Below are positions 1 through 6,339 of a stretch of 12,630 nucleotides of DNA, piece after piece. Each line of letters begins with the position of its first letter. Positions within the stretch are counted from its first letter, which is position 1. Location of the stretch: positions 1 through 12,630 of the forward strand of contig JBGSVZ010000025.1 in the NCBI GenBank assembly GCA_041752695.1, in the 5' to 3' direction. The position numbers were made by a program, and so were the translations under genes. Under the pieces are notes generated by a model. The model saw only the letters and a program-made list of their open reading frames with translations. It was not told the origin of the DNA and ran no database searches. This DNA is from Terrimicrobiaceae bacterium. GTDB lineage: Bacteria > Verrucomicrobiota > Verrucomicrobiia > Chthoniobacterales > Terrimicrobiaceae.

Positions 1-1686
1 GCGGCGCATTTCCTTGATTTCCTTGAGGCCCATCTTCGGCGCGGCCGGGGCCTCCGCCTGCGGGGCGGCGGCGGGCTGGTGGTTGTGGAGGGTGGCGACG
101 AGCGCGCTGCGCTCGCTGGTGGCCTGGGATTTGTCGAGGTAGTAGTCGTAATTCCCCGAGTAGGGCGTGAGGCGTCCGGCGTGGACGTGCAGGACGGTAG
201 TCGCGATGCTGCGGATGAAATGCACGTCGTGGCTGACAAAAAGGAGGGTGCCTTCGTATTGCTGCAGCGCGCCGATGAGGGCGTCGATGCTCGGCATGTC
301 GAGGTGGGTGGTGGGCTCGTCGAGCAAAATTAAATTCGGCGGACGCAGGAGGAGTTTGACGAGGGCGAGGCGGCTTTTTTCACCACCGCTCAGCACGCTC
401 ACCCGCTTGAACACATCGTCGCCGCGGAAGAGGAACGAACCGAGGACGGTGCGGGCCGCCTGTTCGCTCACGCCGGAAATATTGCGCAGGGCCTCGTCGA
501 GCACGGTGGCCTTGGTATCAAGCGCCTCGGTGCGGTGCTGGGCAAAGTAGCCGATGCTGAGGTTGTGGCCTGGGGTGCGTTCGCCGCCCTCGATGGGGAC
601 GAGGTCGGCCAGGATTTTTAGCAAAGTGGATTTGCCGGCGCCGTTGGGGCCGACCAGCACGGTGCGCTGTCCGCGTTCGATCTCGACGCTGAGGTCTTCA
701 TACACCACATGGTCGCCGTAGGCCTGGCGGACGTGGGACAATTCGATCACGCGCTGACCACCCCGGGCGGGCTGGGGGAAACGGAATTTCACCGTGGCTT
801 CGGCGTTTTCCGGGGGGGCGAGACGTTCCATTTTGTCCAGCCGCTTGATGCGCTCCTGGGCCTGCGACGCTTTGCTGGCCTTGGCGCGGAAGCGATTGAT
901 AAAATCTTCCAGGTGCGCGATCTCGCGCTGCTGGTTTTTGTAGGCGGCGGCGTATTGCTCTTCGCGGGACTGTTTCTGCGCGAGGTAATCTTCGTAGGTT
1001 CCGACGTAGCGGTGGAGACGCTGACGGCTGATCTCGACCATCGTGTCGCAGATGGCGTTGAGGAAGGCGCGGTCATGCGAAATCGTGAGAATCGCGCCGG
1101 GATAGTTGCTCAAATAATTTTGGAACCAACCCAACGACTCCAGGTCGAGGTGGTTCGTCGGTTCGTCGAGCATGAGGAGGTCGGGCTCCATCACGAGCAG
1201 GCGGGCAAGGTGCGCGCGCATGATCCAGCCGCCACTCATGGTGCGGGCGGGTTTTTCGAAATCCGTTTCGCGAAAGGCCAGTCCGCTCAGAATCCGCTTG
1301 GCCTTGGCTTCGAGCGAGTAGCCGTCGAGTTCGGCGAAACGCGCCATGGCTTCATGGTGCTCCGCGGTCTCGTCGTCGTGGTGTTCACGCAGCACGCGGC
1401 GGACTTCCTTCATGTCCTCGGAGATGGCGGTGGCGAGCTCGAGGATGGTGTCGTCGCCGGAGGGCGCGCTTTCCTGGGCGAGGAAACCGAGCGACGTGCC
1501 GCGCTGCAGGGCCACCGTGCCGGAGTCGGGTCCGTTCGTGCCAAGGATGAGGGAAAAGAGGGTGGATTTGCCCGCGCCATTCGGGCCGATCAGGCCAACG
1601 CGGTCACCGTAGTTGATTTGCAGGGAAGCGTCCTCGAAAAGGACACGACCGCCGAAGGATTTGGAAAGTTGAGAAACGGTGAGCAT
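1..1686 (-). CDS. ABC-F family ATP-binding protein (ribosome-associated, YheS/Uup/YdiF-like); 3' end runs off the window
   Basis: Manual translation from ATG at 1686 gives MLTVSQLSKSFGGRVLFEDASLQINYGDRVGLIGPNGAGKSTLF. It has two nucleotide-binding domains: Walker A GPNGAGKST twice, signatures MSGGWIMR and LSGGEKSR, Walker B LLMLDEPTNHLD and LILLDEPTTHLD, and an H-loop VSHD. No transmembrane segments were seen. The frame stays open to position 1, which is why it is missing from the ORF track. Confidence 0.95.
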   Translation of the reverse strand, partial: MLTVSQLSKSFGGRVLFEDASLQINYGDRVGLIGPNGAGKSTLFSLILGTNGPDSGTVALQRGTSLGFLAQESAPSGDDTILELATAISEDMKEVRRVLREHHDDETAEHHEAMARFAELDGYSLEAKAKRILSGLAFRETDFEKPARTMSGGWIMRAHLARLLVMEPDLLMLDEPTNHLDLESLGWFQNYLSNYPGAILTISHDRAFLNAICDTMVEISRQRLHRYVGTYEDYLAQKQSREEQYAAAYKNQQREIAHLEDFINRFRAKASKASQAQERIKRLDKMERLAPPENAEATVKFRFPQPARGGQRVIELSHVRQAYGDHVVYEDLSVEIERGQRTVLVGPNGAGKSTLLKILADLVPIEGGERTPGHNLSIGYFAQHRTEALDTKATVLDEALRNISGVSEQAARTVLGSFLFRGDDVFKRVSVLSGGEKSRLALVKLLLRPPNLILLDEPTTHLDMPSIDALIGALQQYEGTLLFVSHDVHFIRSIATTVLHVHAGRLTPYSGNYDYYLDKSQATSERSALVATLHNHQPAAAPQAEAPAAPKMGLKEIKEMRR

Positions 1687-1699
1687 GGCAAAGCGGGCG

Positions 1700-1728
1700 A
1701 ACCTATGCGGGAATTGCCGGTCCGGCAA
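1700..1728 (-). promoter_or_regulatory. Putative sigma70 promoter of the ABC-F gene
   Basis: On the minus strand, TTGCCG (1728-1723), a 17-nt spacer and TAGGTT (1705-1700) lie 13 nt before the ATG. Confidence 0.5.
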
Positions 1729-1840
1729 GCCACCACCTCGGGCCTGCCCGGAAATAGGGAGTGGGGCATGCGGCAGAGTTCCGGAAAATGAAGCCCGGAC
1801 CGCATCGTGCGGCATCCGCGGAATTTCCCCGGCTTTCTGT

Positions 1841-1869
1841 TTGACACCGCAAACGAAATACGAGATGCT
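1841..1869 (+). promoter_or_regulatory. Putative sigma70 promoter of rplM-rpsI
   Basis: Perfect -35 TTGACA (1841-1846), a 17-nt spacer and -10-like GATGCT (1864-1869), ending 23 nt before the rplM ATG. Confidence 0.6.
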
Positions 1870-1892
1870 TTTCGATTCTCCGTAAGACTCTA

Positions 1893-2315
1893 ATGAAGAC
1901 ATTCTCTGCAAAAGCTTCCGATGTGAAGCGCCAATGGTGGGTGATTGACGCCGCCGATCAGCATCTCGGTCATGTTGCCGTCAAGGCCGCCAACATCCTT
2001 CGCGGCAAGGGCAAGGCCATTTTCACGCCTCACGTCGACACCGGTGATTTTGTCATCGTCATCAACGCCGACAAGGTGCGGGTGGGTGGCAAGAAAGACA
2101 TTCAGAAGACCTACATGAGCTTCTCCGGTTTCGTGGGTGGCCACAAATCCGAAACCTTTTCCGCTCGTCGTGAGCGTCATCCGGAACTTCTCATCGAACG
2201 CGCCGTTCGGGGAATGATTCCTCACAACCGCCTCGGCAGCTCCGTTTACCGCAAGCTCAAGGTCTATCGCGGTTCCGAGCATCCTCACGTCGCCCAGAAT
2301 CCTAAAACCGCCTGA
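1893..2315 (+). CDS. rplM: 50S ribosomal protein L13 (uL13)
   Basis: 140 aa with the characteristic L13 motifs RQWWVIDAAD, LRGKGKAIFTPHVDTGDFVIVINA, AVRGMIP and KLKVYRGSEHPH.AQ.P; followed by rpsI. Confidence 0.99.
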   Translation: MKTFSAKASDVKRQWWVIDAADQHLGHVAVKAANILRGKGKAIFTPHVDTGDFVIVINADKVRVGGKKDIQKTYMSFSGFVGGHKSETFSARRERHPELLIERAVRGMIPHNRLGSSVYRKLKVYRGSEHPHVAQNPKTA

Positions 2316-2320
2316 TTTTC

Positions 2321-2707
2321 ATGTCCGACATCATCGCCACCGGCCGCCGCAAAACCTCCGTAGCCCAGATCCGCATGCGCAAAGGCAGCGGAGTCTTCAA
2401 AATCAACGGCAAGGATTTCACCGACTACTTTCCCAGTCTCTCGATGCAGAACACCATTCTGCGTCCCCTGGAGATCGCCAACTCTGTTCACGGATACGAC
2501 GTGGATGCCAAAACATCCGGCGGCGGCATCACCGGCCAGGCCGGTGCCCTGCGTCTGGCCATCAGCCGCGCCCTCGTCGAAACCGACGAAACGCTCCGCA
2601 GTTCGCTGCGTGCGGAAAGCCTCCTGACCCGCGATCCTCGCATGAAGGAACGCAAAAAATCCGGTCAGCCCGGCGCCCGCAAGCGCTTCCAGTTCTCCAA
2701 ACGCTAG
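2321..2707 (+). CDS. rpsI: 30S ribosomal protein S9 (uS9)
   Basis: 128 aa with ATGRRKTSVA, GGGITGQAGALRLAISRAL, LLTRDPRMKERKK and the conserved C-terminal tail ARKRFQFSKR. Confidence 0.99.
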   Translation: MSDIIATGRRKTSVAQIRMRKGSGVFKINGKDFTDYFPSLSMQNTILRPLEIANSVHGYDVDAKTSGGGITGQAGALRLAISRALVETDETLRSSLRAESLLTRDPRMKERKKSGQPGARKRFQFSKR

Positions 2708-2722
2708 GAGTCGGCGTCCTTT

Positions 2723-3358
2723 ATGGCGCTGTCTTTTTCGCGCGACGCCCGGTGGATTTTCATCGGGGACAGCATCACGGATGCAGGCCGTTTCCAGTGC
2801 CCGGAGGGCATGGGAGGCGGCTACGTTCGTTTGGTGCGGGACTGGCTCCTCGCTTCGCATCCCGGTTCCGCCCCCGAGGTCGTGAACCGGGGCATTTCGG
2901 GCAATAAAGTCACCGACCTGCAGGCTCGTTGGGACGAAGATGTCCTGGCGCATCAGCCGTCATTGGTTTCCATCAAGATCGGCATTAATGATGTCTGGCA
3001 CGGCCTCAAGCCGGACAGGCAGGGCGTCGATATCGAAACCTTTCGCGAGGTTTACGCAGAAATATTGCAGCGCACGAAGGCCTCCTGTCCGGACGCCGTT
3101 ATCGTGCTTTGCGAACCCAGTGTGATCTGGCCTCCGGCCCCCGCCGAGGGAAACGCTGCCCTCCAGCCATACGTCGCGGCCACGAAGGCACTTGCCGAGG
3201 ACTTTGACGCACGCGCCCTTGTTCCCCTCCACAAAGCCTTCCAGCAAGCGCGGGAGGACCGCCCGGAGATTCCCTGGGCCCCGGACGGCGTGCATCCCGG
3301 TTCATCGGGCCACATGCTGATCGCCCGAACCTGGCTGGCGTCGTTGGGGCTCCTGTAG
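2723..3358 (+). CDS. SGNH/GDSL hydrolase family protein
   Basis: All four SGNH blocks are present: FIGDSITD (catalytic Ser), NRGISGN, IGIND and DGVHP (Asp/His). It starts 15 nt after the rpsI stop. Confidence 0.93.
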   Translation: MALSFSRDARWIFIGDSITDAGRFQCPEGMGGGYVRLVRDWLLASHPGSAPEVVNRGISGNKVTDLQARWDEDVLAHQPSLVSIKIGINDVWHGLKPDRQGVDIETFREVYAEILQRTKASCPDAVIVLCEPSVIWPPAPAEGNAALQPYVAATKALAEDFDARALVPLHKAFQQAREDRPEIPWAPDGVHPGSSGHMLIARTWLASLGLL

Positions 3359-3406
3359 ATGGGAGATGGGAGATGGGAAATCGGGGTTGAACGTTGAACG
3401 TTGCGA
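3358..3406. repeat. Composite heptamer tandem repeat
   Basis: GATGGGA x3 (3358-3378), degenerate AATCGGG, GTTGAAC x2 (3386-3399) and GTTGCGA: seven contiguous units in one 7-nt register. Confidence 0.85.
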
Positions 3407-3424
3407 GTTAAATTTTCCGCTTCT

Positions 3425-3943
3425 ATGTGCCGTCTCCTAAAAATTTTCTCCCTTTTTCTCGCGCTTACCGGTGTTGTCCACGCGGTCGATCCGGTCGAAT
3501 TTTCGGTCGGAGCGTTTACCTTTGACCGGCCGGAAGGTTGGACTTGGATCGTGCCGTCTTCGCCCATGCGAAAGGCGCAACTGGCGGTTCCTGCCACGGG
3601 AGGGGACGCGGGTGAGGTGACATTTTTTCACTTTGGTTCCGGTCAGGGCGGTGGGGTGAAGGCGAACGTGGATCGCTGGTTCTCGCAGTTCCAGAACCCG
3701 GTTTCGGAAACAAAATTGGAGAAAGTCGGCGCGACGAATGTGACCTTCGTCGAGGCGACGGGGACCTTTGCCAGCGGGATGCCGGGCGGACCCACCACGC
3801 CCAAGGAGGGGTATGCGTTGAGGGGAGCCATCCTCGAAAGCACCCAGGGGGATGTCTTTGTGAAATTCACCGGCCCCGAACCCCTGGTCAAAGCCGCCTC
3901 CGACGCCTTCGGGAAAATGATTCGGAGCGCCGCTTCGCGATAA
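3425..3943 (+). CDS. Conserved hypothetical secreted/periplasmic protein
   Basis: ATG at 3425 gives a Sec-type signal peptide, MCRLLKIFSLFLALTGVVHA|VDP. The mature region has globular-looking motifs (PEGW, PSSPMRKAQ, GGGVKANVDRWFSQF, FVKFTGP) and host-like codon usage. The ORF-track start at 3401 lies in the repeat and is less likely. Confidence 0.85.
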   Translation: MCRLLKIFSLFLALTGVVHAVDPVEFSVGAFTFDRPEGWTWIVPSSPMRKAQLAVPATGGDAGEVTFFHFGSGQGGGVKANVDRWFSQFQNPVSETKLEKVGATNVTFVEATGTFASGMPGGPTTPKEGYALRGAILESTQGDVFVKFTGPEPLVKAASDAFGKMIRSAASR

Positions 3944-3994
3944 AATCTCATTGAGATATTCCGCGTTTCACGGTTTCTTACTCCTCCCCGTCAC

Positions 3995-4066
3995 GCCGAC
4001 GTAGCACAGTGGTAGTGCAATCGATTCGTAATCGATAGGTCGCGAGTTCGAACCTCGCCGTCGGCT
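3995..4066 (+). tRNA. tRNA-Thr (anticodon CGT)
   Basis: Full cloverleaf: acceptor GCCGACG/CGTCGGC, D arm GCAC-AGTGGTA-GTGC, anticodon arm ATCGA-TTCGTAA-TCGAT (CGT at 4027-4029), T arm GCGAG-TTCGAAC-CTCGC. The discriminator is T4066 and CCA is not encoded. Confidence 0.97.
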
Positions 4067-4389
4067 CTCCTCTGAAAGCTTGCTTCGACACGATCGAAGA
4101 TTGCCCGCAAGTCTCGCCGAGACCAAGGCCGGCCTGCATGTTCCGCTCGGGAGGATGTCGCGAAGGCAACTGCGATGCCGACCCTTAGTCGAGGTGGGAG
4201 GCTTGGGCGACAAGGAAGGGTAGGGGAGATCCTCGGGCCGTTGAGGTCAGCGGCCCCTCCCAAGCCATTTGTAACGGCTGACCTTTCTTAAAATACTTTA
4301 GGTCCTGCGAGTACTCGGTCTCCCGCAGCGAACGGGATCAAACCGGCCGGACTGCCCTTCCGCCTATTGCCTTCCTCGTGGAATCGCCC

Positions 4390-4418
4390 TTGATTTCCTT
4401 ACTTTTCACGCTTACAAA
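4390..4418 (+). promoter_or_regulatory. Putative promoter/operator of the toxin-antitoxin operon
   Basis: TTGATT (4390-4395), a 17-nt spacer and TACAAA (4413-4418), ending 6 nt before ATG 4425. CTTAC repeats overlap the promoter. Confidence 0.5.
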
Positions 4419-4424
4419 ACATTC

Positions 4425-4679
4425 ATGCAAGCAACCCTTACTTCCAAGGGCCAGATCACCATTCCCGTCCAAATCCGCAACCGGCTCCATCTCAAGGCGG
4501 GTGACGTCCTTGAGTTTGACGAGACGGCCCCCTTTCTCAAAGCCACCAAAACCATTCCGCCCGAGGCTTGGGAGCAATTTGGCCAGGGATGGAAAGACCC
4601 CTGGGTGGGCCTGAGCATGGATGAAGTGATGGACGATCTCCGGGGCGAAGTGGCGCTTCCTCCGGGGGCGGAGCCATGA
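4425..4679 (+). CDS. AbrB/MazE/SpoVT-family antitoxin (VapB-type)
   Basis: 84 aa with the N-terminal swapped-hairpin signature ATLTSKGQITIPVQIRNRLHLKAGDVLEF and an acidic C-terminus (MDEVMDDLRGE). Its stop overlaps the toxin start (ATGA at 4676-4679). Confidence 0.92.
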   Translation: MQATLTSKGQITIPVQIRNRLHLKAGDVLEFDETAPFLKATKTIPPEAWEQFGQGWKDPWVGLSMDEVMDDLRGEVALPPGAEP

Positions 4680-5080
4680 GAACTGCCGTAGATTCCTCGG
4701 TCCTTCTTTGCATTCTCCGCCGACAGCCCGGTTCCGGCAGTTGGCGCACCTTGCTTGGCCGGGCGGCGGAGGAAGGGGGCTTGCTCCTGTGTCCGGCCGT
4801 TTTTGCGGAGTGTTCGGTTGGCTTTACCAATGCCAAGGAAGCGCAGGCCCAGTTTGAATCCCTGAGTCTGATCTACGACGCCTTCTCCCCGGAAGCGGCC
4901 TACCTTGCCGGACAGACGTTTCTGCGGTATCGGCGCGAGGGCGGGCCACGTCAGCACCTCCTCCCGGATTTTCTCATTGCCGCACACGCCAGTGTGCAGG
5001 CGGAACGCCTCGCGGCAGTTGATCGCGGCTACCTCCGCGCCTACTTCCCGGCGTTGGCTCTCCTCACGCCCTCCGCTTGA
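4676..5080 (+). CDS. vapC: PIN-domain ribonuclease toxin (VapC family)
   Basis: 134 aa retaining the PIN acidic residues: AVDSSVL, VFAE, LPDFLIAAHA and AAVDRGY. It is translationally coupled to the upstream AbrB-type antitoxin. Confidence 0.92.
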   Translation: MRTAVDSSVLLCILRRQPGSGSWRTLLGRAAEEGGLLLCPAVFAECSVGFTNAKEAQAQFESLSLIYDAFSPEAAYLAGQTFLRYRREGGPRQHLLPDFLIAAHASVQAERLAAVDRGYLRAYFPALALLTPSA

Positions 5081-5205
5081 CCTAAAAAAGACGATGAGCC
5101 TACAGAAGGTAACGAAGATCGCTAAGAATCATGGAGTTACGAAAACGCCGCCGCTCACCCGGAAAGTGACCTAGAATCGGTAAACGATTTCGGCGTAAGC
5201 CTTTC

Positions 5206-5612
5206 ATCGGCGAGACAGCGGTTATTGATCGTGACCTCGATTTCGCTTTCTACGTCAGCTTGGGCATGGTGAAGACATTCAAAGAGCAAACCGTGCCGCA
5301 GTATCTGGCAATCGTGTTCAATTCGATTTATGGCATCCGTTACGCCAAGGGGAACACATCAAGCAAAGGCGGCTCAGCCGGAAATTATAATTTGGGACGC
5401 ATTCGTTCGTTCCGCATCCCCCTCCCACCCCTCGCCGAGCAAGCCGCGATCGTGGAGCGGGTGGAGGCGCTGATGCGACGTGCCGGGCGCTGGAAGCGGA
5501 GATCGAGCGCGCCCGCACCCACGCCGCCCACCTCCTCCAAGCCGTCCTGAAAGAAGCCTTTGCCCCCGCCGCCGCATGCACTCGCTTGGTGGAATGTCGC
5601 CAAGCGAGTTAG
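5206..5612 (+). pseudogene. hsdS: Type I restriction-modification specificity subunit remnant (5'-truncated, frameshifted)
   Basis: One frame reads IGETAVIDRDLDFAFYVSLGMVK...YLAIVFNS...NYNLGRIRSFRIPLPPLAEQAAIVERVEALM, which is a TRD end plus the conserved IPLPPLxEQ repeat. Restoring one base at 5475/5476 continues as ATCRALEAEIERARTHAAHLLQAVLKEAF, the typical HsdS C-terminal helix. An in-frame stop lies upstream at 5167-5169, and no hsdM or hsdR is nearby. Confidence 0.85.
5580..5609. other. Strong inverted repeat / hairpin
   Basis: ACTCGCTTGGTGG-AATG-TCGCCAAGCGAGT forms a 13-bp stem: 10 consecutive Watson-Crick pairs followed by U-G, G-C and G-U. It has no poly-U tail. Confidence 0.8.
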
Positions 5613-5728
5613 GGTTCCTCGAACGCTTCATTGCGAAAGCGAACCCTCCTCCGATCCTTCACCGATACTGCGGTGCATCCAAATGGACAATCAATGAACT
5701 CACGGCTCCCCCCCTTGAAGCTGCTTAA
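5594..5728 (+). pseudogene. Short ORF, possibly the N-terminal remnant of a DUF2971-like protein
   Basis: 44 aa, MSPSELGFLERFIAKANPPPILHRYCGASKWTINELTAPPLEAA*. The PPxLxRY..S...EL pattern resembles DUF2971-type N-termini (recognised from memory only). Confidence 0.3.
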
Positions 5729-6339
5729 CAGACTCTGGAACCTTGCGTGTCTTCCTGCCGCATTGGTGAATTAGCATTTATGCGAATGTGCGAACAATAC
5801 AGCGAGTTTAGCTGCGTCGAGATGATGTGTTCTGCCAGAAAGTCGCGGAGATCAGTCCGCGCGCTTCCGCGGGTATGGCCAATTGTCTGCCTGCCGAGTG
5901 ATCGCGGGAAACCGTGTGAGCGGGCGGTCATCGTTTCCGGCCGAAGCCTCTGGACGCGTGGATTTTAGGCGATTTCTGGGGAGTTTTTCCGGTAGTTCCC
6001 GGCCCGAAGGATGAGTTGCCTATGCGGGAAAAAGATGGGTTAAGGCGGATGCGGAAAAAATGTGCGAAGGTGTTGATAACGAGGGGGATAGGTTCGTTCT
6101 ATGAGGTGGTTTTCGTCAGGGTTTTGCACAGGAGCGGAGAGGTCGTGCTTCAGGAAACGTTCAGGTCGCCTGGGGTATTTCGCCTACTATCCAGGCCTCT
6201 CGCATGGCCGCTTCGGGATCAAGTTATCGGGAAAAAATTCGCGTGTTCGCGATGTAGCATTTCTGCGGAGAAGCGGGCGAGCGGTTGCTAGCTTCCATCG
6301 AGCTTGTGATTCCGGGGGGCTTTTCGTAGAACCCTTCTC

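Noticed and set aside
79..1791. Plus-strand ORFs 79..333, 167..550, 709..1791 and 1346..1612
   Set aside because: They are antisense shadows of the ABC-F gene, which has clear motifs on the minus strand. Long antisense ORFs are expected in high-GC DNA.
4064..4069. Missing CCA as a sign of a tRNA pseudogene
   Set aside because: All stems and conserved loop bases are intact, and many bacteria add CCA post-transcriptionally.
4067..4170. tRNA-associated HDV-like (theta) ribozyme, or a known riboswitch (cobalamin, glycine, c-di-GMP)
   Set aside because: The tRNA trailer begins CTCC rather than with a G-initiated P1, and I could not build the nested double pseudoknot. Only isolated short words resemble riboswitch consensus.
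3995..5080. VapC specifically targeting the adjacent tRNA-Thr
   Set aside because: The adjacency is more simply explained by integration at a tRNA. Nothing in the sequence indicates substrate specificity.
5094..5174. 26-aa ORF MSLQKVTKIAKNHGVTKTPPLTRKVT after vapC
   Set aside because: It is too short and has no recognisable motif. It may be another gene fragment but cannot be supported.
6200..6339. PyrR-type attenuator upstream of upp
   Set aside because: No PyrR-binding loop consensus or terminator is present, and the predicted promoter leaves essentially no leader.
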